Part shown: positions 21,053 to 30,581 of the stretch, in pieces | How positions within the stretch are numbered: position 1 is the first letter of the stretch | Layout of the letters: the number at the start of each line of letters is the position of its first letter | Assembly: GCA_965240325.2 (NCBI GenBank) | Contig: OZ251223.1 | Location: 1,240,001 to 1,304,000, forward strand | Length of the DNA: 64,000 nucleotides | DNA from: Rebecca billardiae RCC1528 | Taxonomy: Eukaryota; Protista; Haptophyta | Direction: 5' to 3' | Notes under the pieces: model-generated | Databases searched by the model: none | Told to the model about the DNA's origin: nothing | What the model saw: the letters and a program-made list of their open reading frames with translations, nothing else | Made by a program: the position numbers and the translations under genes

Positions 21053-24000
21053 GCGCTGCCGCGCCTCCCCGTCCGCAGGCTCTTCCGCGGCGCGCGCAGC
21101 ACGAAGCTCGCCGTGGCGCGTCCGCTGGCCGTGGTGTGCATGCCGCCGTCCTCCGAGTGGGGCGTGAGCACGCCGCGCAGGATCTCGTCGAAGCGCTCTT
21201 GCTCGCGCGCGGTGAGCGCCGCCGCGTGCGATGGCGTGACGGGCACCATCGCCTCGCCCGGCTCCGCCGCGCGCTGCCGGAGGAACGTGAAGCGCGACTG
21301 GATGTCCGACGAGGACATGCTGCCGCCCATCTGGCCGAGCGTGCGCGCGCCCGCCTGCGGCGGCGGCGGCGCGCGGCCCCGCGACGACGAGCCGCTTGAG
21401 ATGGCCGACGGCTCGCCCTCGGTGGAGACGGCGGGCGAGGTCTCGTTGACGGGCGTGAGCACGCGCCCCTCCGAGTCGACGCGGCCGAAGCGCTTCGACG
21501 GCGAGCGCCGCCGGTACAGCGGGGACGGCGGCCCGGCGGCGGGCTCGTCCTCGGCGCCGGCGCGCGCGCCCACGCCGCCCGCGGAAGGCACGCGGACGGC
21601 GTCTCCGTCCGCGTGGTGCAGCATCCACTCGGGCAGCGCGTCGGTGAGCTTGAGCTCGCCGATGCCGCGCACGAGCACGGGCTTGGCGTGCTTCGTGATG
21701 TCCGCCGTGCCCTCCGAGAACTCGGACGCGTCGAGCGTCGCCGCCTTGGCCAGCATCATGCTCGTGAAGCGGCGCAACTCCAAGTCGCCGTCAGCCAGTC
21801 GGCCGTCGGCCGCCGCGACGCCCAGCCTGGGCGCTAGCTGCCTGTGCACGGTGCCCTTGCGGTGGCAGAGGCGCTCGGGGACGAAGAAGTGGCGCGCGGT
21901 GCGCGAGGCGGACGCGACGAGCACCGCGCAGCCCGGCAGCGCGATCGCCTCCGCCAGCGGCCACACCGACGCGTCCGTCATCCCCTTGGGCGCCGGAGCG
22001 CCCGCGCAATAAGTGCGGCTGAACCATTCGGGCGTGAGCGCGGCCGGCCAGCCCGCGCCGCGCGCGATCGGCGGCGGCATGCGCGTGTGCGCGTGGAGCA
22101 TCTGCACGGCCGCGCGCACGTGGTCGCGCGTCGCCTCGCCGAGCACGCCCGCCGCCGTGGCCACCTGCTCGAACAGGTCGGACGGCAGCGAGATCATCGC
22201 CGACTCTGCGACGAAGCGCAGAGGCACGCCCAGCGCCTCACACTGCGCCGCGAGCGTGATCGCCGCCTCGCCCGCGTGCGGCAGGCACGCCTCGACGAGC
22301 GGCACGATGCGCAGGTCGCGCCGGGCGGCGGGCGGGCTGGGCGACGCGCCGTCCCCTGGCGGGCTGTCGACCGACACGCCCAGCGTCGAGCCCATCGTCG
22401 CGGACATGGAGACGGAGAGCGGGTCTGGGCGCGTGCCGCCCGCGCCCGCCGCGCCGGAACCGCGCCGCTGCGGCGCGCCGCGGCGGCCGCCGCTCGCTCC
22501 GCCCTCGTCGTCCTCCGTGTCGGTGGTGCTGCGCCCGTCGTCATCGAGCGCGGCGCCGTCCGCGTACTGCGCCGCGCTCGCGTCAGCGTCGCTCTCAGCC
22601 ACAGCAGCCGCCTCCGCCCTCGGCGCGTCCGGCGCGCGCGCCCGCTCGCGCGCGGCGGCCGCCGCCGCATCGGCCTGTCGCCCCGCCGGCCCCATTGGGG
22701 ATCCGAACTGCGCCTCCTCGTCGTCGTCGAGGCTCTCGTGCTCGTGCTCAAAGTCGTCGATGGTGCGCGCGCCGCTGCTGCGCGCCGCGTCCATCGCATC
22801 CAGGCTCCCGCGCCCGCTGCGGCTGTCCTCCGCCGCGCCGACGCCGAACGACACGGACGTGGCTGAGCGCTCCGCCTGCCGCCTGCGCGGAGGCGCGGTT
22901 TGCGGCAGGTCGTCTGTCGCAGCGTGCGCGGCGATGTCGCCGATCGCGACGAGGGCCTCGGTGTGCTCGCGGAAGAGGAGCGGGCGCTGGCGCGCGAGCT
23001 GCGCGAGCAGCAGCGGGCACGTCGCGCACACGAGCCGCGTGCCCTGCGGCAGCGTCGCGTACGTCTCCGCCAGCCGCTCCAAGTCGCCGTTCTGCCCGTT
23101 GGAGCCTTCGTCAAACCGGAGGACTCGTGTCGTGTTGTCGAGTCCCAGCTGGGAGATGAGCTCGCGCGCTGAGACGCGCGGGATCATGGAGCCGATCGTG
23201 CCGCCCGCGCCGAGCGCGTTGTGGCTGCCTTGCCGCCGCGCGGGCTGCATCAGCGGCACCGCCGCGCCGAACGGCCCCGCGGGCGGCGAGCCCGCGCCGC
23301 CGCTGCCCGAGCCGGCCGCCTCGGCCGAGCGCTCAAAGATCAGAATGGCCGCGCACGCAATCACGTTGAACTCGACGAGCGCGCGGAGGAGCAGGAGCGT
23401 GGGCGCGGAGGCGATGGTGGGCGAGTCGTGGATCGCGAGCACCACCGTCTGCCGCTCCGCCGGCCGCGCGTTCACGCCGATCGCCCGCGCGATCCCCTGG
23501 AACACGAAGAGCGACAGATCCTTGCCCTCCCGCACGCCCGGCGCGTCAGCGGAGACGCCGATCACCTCGTGCCGCGCGCCGCGCGCGCCCGTGAAGGCGA
23601 CAGGGGTGAAGAAGGCGGCGGCGAGCGGCGGCGAGCATGCGATCAGCGCGAGCACTACGACGGCGCGCGCGGCGCGGCGCGGCGCGGCGCGGCGGCCACG
23701 AGCGTCAGTGCCAGCCACCCTCGCGTCGCGCGCGCGCGCGTCTCCAGCCACGCGGGGCGCGCGGGGCGCGCGGAGCGCGCGCGCGCGCGCGCCGCGACTC
23801 ACCGTCATACATGTTGAACGAGGCGACGAGGTCCCAGATCGGGTCGTCTCGCCCTCGGTTCTTCGCGTGCCCCTTGCAGAACGTGTTCGAGAACCACTCG
23901 CGGTCGCACCGCGCCGGCAGCCCCTCGCGCGCCGCGTCGCCGTCGGGCGCGCACGCGCGGCGCCACAGCCGCTCAATCGAATCTCTCTGAACCTTCCGGA

Positions 24001-25275
24001 GCCGCCAGCCGATCGGCGAGCCGGACTGGGCGAGGTGGTCGTAGATCTCTCGGCGGACGGGCGCCGCGTACGCCGCGTAGCGCGCCACCACCGTGAGGGG
24101 CACGCCGGACACCTGGCACGCCTCGTACAGGTACGATGCCGCCTTGGCGTCGAACGCCTGCGGCGCGGCGCGGTGCGGTGCGGTGCGGTGCGCGCGCGGC
24201 AGCGCGCCGCGCGCGTCAGAAACGGGGGTCGCGACCGGAGGCGCGGTGCGCGTGCGCGCGGCGGCCCGGCGCGGCCGCGAGCGCACACGTTGTTGTGCGC
24301 CGTATCCGGCACCAGCCGCGCCACCTCCGCGTCGGCGGAGGCCGGCGGCAGCGCGGGCAGCACTGAGGCAGAGCGCTTGCCCGCGCCAATCATGGCCGCC
24401 GAGCTGGCCGAGTCTCGGCTGTCCGCCATGGTGGGCGGCATGTCGGACGCCCGGCGGCGGACGTTGCCGGCCTCGGACGCGGCGGCGCTCATCACGGCGG
24501 CCGCCGACGCGACGGACAGCCGGCCCCGCGGCGTGCTGCCGCGAGACGGTTCGGTCGCGGCGCTCACGCACGCCGCGACCGACTCGGCCGTGCACCCGCC
24601 CATCACCACGACGCGCTTGAGCCGGTCTGCACACAGCGGGCCGTTGTCGCGCATGAAGAGCGCCGCGTCCTTGAAGGATGAGATGCAGCAGAGCGTGATC
24701 GACTTTGGCGCCGCGTCGAGCAGCGTGCGGTGCAGCAGCGCACGCCCCGGCTCGATGTCCTGCGCGCGCTCCGAGTCCACAGGCGGGAGATAGGTCGCGG
24801 TCGCCGCAAACTGGTTCTTCGTGTGCGGCGCTCCGCCGTCCGTGCCTGAGCCGACGGGCACGGCCTGGAGCCGCAAGATGTCGAGCGTGCCACGCACCAG
24901 CCTCGCGCGCTCGTACGCCGGCTGCAGGTTCGCAATCACCGCCTTGATCTCGATCAGCTGCTCATCGATCAGGAACCGCGCCATGATCAGCGCCATCTCG
25001 TCATCCAGGTCCTCGCCGGCGTCGGAGATGATGACGACGGCCTCGGCGGGTGGGCGGTCATCGTCAAGCGAGCGTGACAGCAGCACGTACCGCGTGCGGT
25101 AGACGCAGAGGGCCACGCACAGCGAGCAGATGATCAGGCCGAACAACACAAGCAGCGCGATGAACCATGTCTCCTGAAAAGGCAAGCCGACTCGCTGGGC
25201 GGCCGCGGGCGATGTGCGCGAGGCGAGTGCCATGATGGACAGCCACGTCACAGCGCATCCTTTGGGTGCGCGCAT
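20890..25275 (-). CDS. Membrane-anchored nucleoside-hydrolase-like protein; exons 25275-24289, 24157-23803, 23654-20890
   Basis: N-terminal signal and TM (WFIALLVLFGLIICSLCVALCV), then VVIISDAGEDLDDEMAL (IU-NH DxGxDxDD-type motif), VVVMGG, PDTAHNN|AFD, FNMYD|VLALIA. GT..AG introns 24288-24158 and 23802-23655 restore a continuous frame. Confidence 0.75.
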   Translation of the reverse strand: MRAPKGCAVTWLSIMALASRTSPAAAQRVGLPFQETWFIALLVLFGLIICSLCVALCVYRTRYVLLSRSLDDDRPPAEAVVIISDAGEDLDDEMALIMARFLIDEQLIEIKAVIANLQPAYERARLVRGTLDILRLQAVPVGSGTDGGAPHTKNQFAATATYLPPVDSERAQDIEPGRALLHRTLLDAAPKSITLCCISSFKDAALFMRDNGPLCADRLKRVVVMGGCTAESVAACVSAATEPSRGSTPRGRLSVASAAAVMSAAASEAGNVRRRASDMPPTMADSRDSASSAAMIGAGKRSASVLPALPPASADAEVARLVPDTAHNNVCARGRAGPPRARAPRLRSRPPFLTRAARCRARTAPHRTAPRRRRSTPRRHRTCTRRARCPACPSRWWRATRRTRRPSAERSTTTSPSPARRSAGGSGRFREIRLSGCGAARARPTATRRARGCRRGATASGSRTRSARGTRRTEGETTRSGTSSPRSTCMTVSRGARARALRAPRAPRVAGDARARDARVAGTDARGRRAAPRRAARAVVVLALIACSPPLAAAFFTPVAFTGARGARHEVIGVSADAPGVREGKDLSLFVFQGIARAIGVNARPAERQTVVLAIHDSPTIASAPTLLLLRALVEFNVIACAAILIFERSAEAAGSGSGGAGSPPAGPFGAAVPLMQPARRQGSHNALGAGGTIGSMIPRVSARELISQLGLDNTTRVLRFDEGSNGQNGDLERLAETYATLPQGTRLVCATCPLLLAQLARQRPLLFREHTEALVAIGDIAAHAATDDLPQTAPPRRRQAERSATSVSFGVGAAEDSRSGRGSLDAMDAARSSGARTIDDFEHEHESLDDDEEAQFGSPMGPAGRQADAAAAAARERARAPDAPRAEAAAVAESDADASAAQYADGAALDDDGRSTTDTEDDEGGASGGRRGAPQRRGSGAAGAGGTRPDPLSVSMSATMGSTLGVSVDSPPGDGASPSPPAARRDLRIVPLVEACLPHAGEAAITLAAQCEALGVPLRFVAESAMISLPSDLFEQVATAAGVLGEATRDHVRAAVQMLHAHTRMPPPIARGAGWPAALTPEWFSRTYCAGAPAPKGMTDASVWPLAEAIALPGCAVLVASASRTARHFFVPERLCHRKGTVHRQLAPRLGVAAADGRLADGDLELRRFTSMMLAKAATLDASEFSEGTADITKHAKPVLVRGIGELKLTDALPEWMLHHADGDAVRVPSAGGVGARAGAEDEPAAGPPSPLYRRRSPSKRFGRVDSEGRVLTPVNETSPAVSTEGEPSAISSGSSSRGRAPPPPQAGARTLGQMGGSMSSSDIQSRFTFLRQRAAEPGEAMVPVTPSHAAALTAREQERFDEILRGVLTPHSEDGGMHTTASGRATASFVLRAPRKSLRTGRRGSAQPAVNSSEPPSPPGAERSGRRGSAVAQGHVSEPASPPRGEPRESAATTIRGSH

Positions 25276-25507
25276 CGTGCGCCGTCCCCGGGGCACGCGG
25301 CTGCCCCGCCCAGGTGGAGAAGACGTTGCCAAGCTGGAGAGGCAGCCCTCCCCTCAAGTGGGCACCCGCTGAGATACAACGCGAGATTTGAGATTACATA
25401 CATCGGTGGCCAGCCGGGGGGGGCCGCTCGCCACTGGGCAGGGGGGGCGAAATCATATTCTCCGCGCTGTTTCAACAGCATTACCCCTATAGATACGTTA
25501 TGGAACC

Positions 25508-26627
25508 AAATTCCCCTTTATAACGGGCTCCGGGTGATCAGACTGGCGGCCGAAGCCTCCAGCCCTACCCTGGCCAGCCCCCAACCAACCACCACCCTCG
25601 AGAAACCACTGACCGGCGCCCCCAGTCACTCTCGCAGGCGTGGCCCCTTCAGCGTGCTCGCCCCCTCCCTATGGTGATTGCGTGGCCTCTGCAGCCTGCC
25701 ACACCTCTTGTGGCATGGCCGCTCCAATATGCCACCCCGCTGGCTCGCAGCAATGTGGGTCCGCCGGACAATATGTTGACACATGGGGGCCCTGAGATGG
25801 AGGCAGACCCGGCTGCTGGCAGTCACACTGGTAACGGAGCTCACAGCGACCTTACACAGTCAGACACTGGACAGCAGGCCGCACAGCCGCCTGCTGGCTC
25901 TGCCAGGCCACCGGCAGCCCCCAGGCGTGGGCTGCCTCCTCCTAGTCAAGCGCAGCAGGACAGCCCCCCGCCCAAACGACACTGCCCACCCCGCCAGGCA
26001 AATGTGCCGCAGCGGAGCACGCTACCCCCTGCACAGCGCAGCAGGAAGAGGCGAGCGAACGACACCTCCCCAGGCGTATTAGCCATCGCCACCACTTTGC
26101 TTGCTTCCTACAGCGGCCCACGCCCGGACTTGATGCCCGATGTAGCACACATGTCTGACATGACCCCCTCTGCCTCCATAGCTGCACGAGTGAAATACAG
26201 GCGCCTCGCTGCCAGGGCCAGTGGCCCAGACCCCTGCCCAGCTACTGGGCTCGATGACAGTCCCCTCAGCTCCCTTCCCCGCGCAGGGATCGGCTAGTGG
26301 CTGGCCCTCTGCCCACACTGGGGCACCCTAGGGGGTGCCCCTGCTGCCGACTCGGCTCAAACTCGATGATCTTGAATTGCAAGGCCGTACACTGCTTGTA
26401 CCTGGGACCACCCCACAGTGTTGGGCTCGTATGCTGTTGGCAATGGCATACCCCCGCCCCCTCTGGAGGCGGGCTGTCCACAGTGGAGTGGTGTCAAGAC
26501 ACTAGGTGTCTCGGTCAGTGGTTTGAGGTTGGGTGAGGGTGGTGGTTGGTTGGGGGCTGGCCAGGGTAGGGCTGGAGGCTTCGGCCGCCAGCCTGATCAC
26601 CCGGAGCCCGTTATAAAGGGGAATTTA
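25508..26627 (+). mobile_element. ~1.1-kb element bounded by ~90-110-bp inverted repeats; possible 5'-truncated Penelope-like retroelement
   Basis: aaattcccctttataacgggctccgggtgatcag...accaccctc (25508-25599) is inverted at 26536-26627. Internal ORF 25671-26297 is low-complexity and ends RAGIG*; composition is CpG-poorer than host genes; no TSD found. Confidence 0.6.
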
Positions 26628-26809
26628 AAAACACCAAGTGCCTTGACAATGGGTATCGGGCGAATGGGCGTAGGCCGCTTGTTCGGCATGCGTGAACCGC
26701 ACCAACCGTCGTCGTCGGAAAGCTCGGCGCTCACTCCTCGCCCGCGCACTCCTCGCACGTTGCAAGCCGCCATCGCCACGGGGCGGGCACACTTTGGGAG
26801 GGCGGGGTG

Positions 26810-27862
26810 ATGACTTCCGGGGGCGAGTCGCAGCAGCGGCAGCTGCTGGACGCGAAGCGACGCGTGGGCGTCGCTGAGAAGGACAAGGAGAAGGCACAGG
26901 CCGAACTGCTCCGCGCGCTCGAGCGCAACGAGAAGCTAGAGAGCCTCTGCCGACAAATGCAGAAGCAGCGCGAGGTTCTCGTCGAGGAGAGCAAGCGAGC
27001 GCTGGAGGAGGAGGCTCAAAAGCGCGTCGAACTCTCCGACAAGTTCCAGTCGATGCTCAAGGACATCCAGACGAAGATGGATGCTTCTGAGAAGCACTCC
27101 AAAGAGCAGCACACACTTCTCGAGGCCAACGACAAGCTGCGCGAGTCGCTGCTCGTGGCCGCCGACCGCGAGGAGAAGCGTGCTCAGCACCACGCAGCCG
27201 AGTTGAAGGCCAAGGAGCTCGAGGCGCAGCTCGCCGATGCGCGCCTGCGGCAATCCGAGGAGCTCCTCGCCGTGGAGAAGCAGCGTGCTGCCCTCGTGGA
27301 GCAGGCTTCGGCAAAGACGGAGCGCGAGCTCCGCGAGGAGCTGAAGGAGTACTCGTCAAAGTTCGGGACGTTCAACGAGACGCTCACGCAGACGACCGAG
27401 GCACTCAGCCGCCTGCGCGCCGACCTGAGCAAGAGCGCCAAGCGCAACAAGAAGCTCGAGATCGAGAACAACGAGCTGCGCGCACGCAACGCGCGCACGG
27501 AGGCGCAGAAGGCGCGGCTCGAGCAGCTGTGCCGCAGCATGCAGGAGGAGCGACGGCGCGAGCGCATTGCTGCCGGCCGGGCACCGCTCGGCGCGTCCAG
27601 CGCAGATGCGACCAGCCCAGCCGCGGACGCTGTGGAGGCGAGCGGTGCTGACGCACCGGGTGCGACCAACGGCTGCCCGGCGGCAGCTTCAGCGACCAGT
27701 GGCGAGCTCAGCCCAGAAGCACCCTCGACTACTACCGCGGCGGCTGCCTCCGGCCCTCCTGCTTGCGAGGCACCAGCAGGCGTTGAGCCGACAACCGTGG
27801 CCTCGGGTGCGAGCGCCTCGTCTGACGAGCAGGGCGCGCAGGGCGCCCGGCACGAATCTTGA
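26810..27862 (+). CDS. Taxilin-family coiled-coil protein
   Basis: KLESLCRQMQKQ, EEEAQKRVELSDKFQ, YSSKFGTFNETL, LEQLCRSMQEER motifs in a long coiled coil. Confidence 0.85.
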   Translation: MTSGGESQQRQLLDAKRRVGVAEKDKEKAQAELLRALERNEKLESLCRQMQKQREVLVEESKRALEEEAQKRVELSDKFQSMLKDIQTKMDASEKHSKEQHTLLEANDKLRESLLVAADREEKRAQHHAAELKAKELEAQLADARLRQSEELLAVEKQRAALVEQASAKTERELREELKEYSSKFGTFNETLTQTTEALSRLRADLSKSAKRNKKLEIENNELRARNARTEAQKARLEQLCRSMQEERRRERIAAGRAPLGASSADATSPAADAVEASGADAPGATNGCPAAASATSGELSPEAPSTTTAAAASGPPACEAPAGVEPTTVASGASASSDEQGAQGARHES

Positions 27863-28256
27863 GTAAGCTTCGGATCACTGATCAGTGTCCGACTGTCCGC
27901 CAACAGTGAGACTGAGAGAGTGACTAGTCATCATAGTTGAGAGTCAGGCGGCCAGATCACTCACTGGCAGCAGATAGATGCCTGCGGAGTGCGGACAGAC
28001 GCGCGGACGGCCCCGGAGCCGGTGCCAACGGTCCGAGCCGACTCACTGCGAACGTTTACGTTGCAGGACTTGGCTGTGAATCTGTGTCTGTGATGACGAC
28101 CGCGAGTCCGAGAACCCGCGAATTTATTATTAAGCGCATCATAAATTATTGACTGCTAATATAATATTGACGATAATGGCGCACGCCCCCCCCCCCCGAA
28201 AGGTCTGAGCGTGAGCGAAAGCCGGGGGGGGGGGCGGCGCACGTGCTCCGCAAAAT

Positions 28257-29976
28257 TAGGGGGGCCAAAGTGGCACTGTGACGTGACTGACGGCTACGAG
28301 CGCTGGTCCTAGCGAGTGTTTAGCGCTGATTTCGGGCTGGATCATTTGCCCTCTGGAGGGGTCTGGGCCAGCCAAGTAAAAAAAGCAGATGCACATACCC
28401 TGAATATAGGGCGTAACGGCTAGCATATTTACTTATTAGAACGAGCCTGAACTTATTGGAAACGGTATGTAACGGCCGTCCTATGTGTGACATATAGAGC
28501 ATGTCGACCTCACTTTGATAGAGCATCTCGGCAAGATCGTTCTGAGTCCCCAGCAGCAGCAGGTCCCAACATGCGATATAGGCTGTGTACTGGCAGGCTG
28601 TCAAACACGTAGTTTCCCGGAAGCCACTGGTCGTTACATATCCACCGTGTATATAGGCGCCATGCTGATGAATACAGTCTCGTAAGATCTCGAGCTGCGA
28701 GATACGTTTTCAGACTGTGTATACGGCCACGCGTATGGCGTATTGCAGACATGATGGACCCAAAGCACCGGCCCCATGTCCTCAGCCCGGGAGTACTCTC
28801 GATCATAGTCAAGGTTTGAAGTCACTCGAGCCAACCGTCACCGCTCCATGGCCGATACATACGAGGCAGGTCAAATCTGTCGTCGTCGCAGTGCGGCACA
28901 GTGCCGAGGCATGCGATTCGGCAGCAGACACCTGCTCCAGGCGGTGGCTGGCGTCTCTGCGCCAAACCAGGCTGGATGGGATCGGTCCATATAGGCACGC
29001 TCTACCCTGTTCCGCGCTAATTATGGGCTTTGGGGCGGGTATTCGGCCTACAGAGGCTGATCCGGCGCTGTTCGGCGCTCCTGGCTGACTGCGCGGAGCC
29101 CAACGGCACGCGCCGGCGTGTGCGAGATGTCAAGATTGAGACGGTCTCTGACGCTCCCGCCGGTCGTGGGCGCACCAGGGTGCATGGGGGCCCATCTGCA
29201 TCTGCTTCTGCAGGCATGCGCGTCCCAGGGGCGCGCTTGCAGGCACGGTCGAGTGCACGTCGAACCCGTGTCGAATGAGCCATCCGCAGCCTGCGAGCAC
29301 GTCCGCGACGTCCTGAGAGGCGAATGGGAGGCGCCCCGACGCCATCTGGGGGCACGCATGACCCATACCCAACGTGCTGACCATCGCAAGTGCCACGGCA
29401 GGTGCAAAAACGGGCCCTACAAGCGGAACATGACAGTTGCGAGCTCCGCGGAGGTGTTGCGCGCGAGCTCGCGCCGGTCTGCTGACGGCGATTCCGGCGC
29501 AGCAGGGCAGGTTAGGCGAGCTGGGCATCCACATACATACATGGGCACTTGGTGCGAGCATCGATCTCAACTGTGCGAGTTGATCATGAGCCACACCGTG
29601 CGGTAGCGTGATGAGCGAACGCAGCGCGCCAATTCAAGCCGGCCGACGCGCGCCGCGCGCGGCGCGAGGTGGCCAAGAAGCGGGTGGTGAGCCGCTGGTG
29701 GCACAAAGACAAAAGTCAGTAGCGCCCACCAGCGTCACGCGCGCGCGCTCCCGAGACCATCTCGGCGTCTAATAGGTCGCGAGCGCGCGGCGGTCCACTG
29801 CCTCCGGCCGCTCGTGCTCGAGCGGAACCGAGCTCTGAGCGCCCGAACGCGTCGGAGCTCGATTTTCGAGCGGGGTCCGAGAAAAAGGCTCCGCGCCACC
29901 CTAAAAGGCCGAGGGAGGAGCGAAAATGCGCCGCGGCTTGGATTTTGTTTTTTAAATGGGCGGTTTGGCCCCCCTA
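28257..29976. mobile_element. Non-autonomous TIR element with 7-bp TSD (hAT-like termini)
   Basis: TIR TAGGGGGGCCAAA at both ends; direct repeat GCAAAAT at 28250-28256 and 29977-29983. Confidence 0.75.
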
Positions 29977-30526
29977 GCAAAATCAAAAAGAGGATGCGCG
30001 CAGGATTTTGGGGATTTTTCGGTAGGTGGCCACCGCGTATGAGTGGATATCGCTGCCGCAATGATTGCGTTTGTACTGCCCCTTAATTTTAACGATAGTA
30101 ACACTTAGGGGAATGCAGGGTGGAATAGCACATAACACCAGCCGTGTGTTAGAACATTCCGTCATAGTAAGATGCCTGAATTGTAAGAGCCTGAAACAGC
30201 TCGCCAACCATAGAAACGATAGGTTGGGTCGTCAGCTTTGATTCACGCGCTTCTGAAAAACAGCGTTTTAGATTAGACGCATCCCTCTTCTCTTATAAGA
30301 GAACTGCGCTTCAAAAACACCGTTTCAACGAAAGACGATCGCCCGCCATTCAACTGAAACGAGAGCTGTTCACTCATCAGATTCATCAAAGCGACGCGAT
30401 ATGGTATTGCGCGGGTAGCTTGAATCGACCTTCCCGCGCGCCCTGGTATCATACGGTTAGGACCACCCTTGCGGTTAGCAAGCTACTGTTGTTGATATAC
30501 TTTTGGTCATCTGTTGATACGACGTC

Positions 30527-30579
30527 AATGCGGGTGGCAATCCATTCTTGGATTGCAAGAATGGATTGCCACCCGCATT
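30527..30579. repeat. Perfect 24-bp-stem hairpin with 5-nt loop
   Basis: aatgcgggtggcaatccattcttg-gattg-caagaatggattgccacccgcatt. Confidence 0.95.
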
Positions 30580-30581
30580 TA

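Noticed and set aside
28195-28225. Hammerhead-ribozyme-like ctgagcgtgagcgaaa
   Set aside because: Lacks the CUGANGA core and convincing stems I and III.
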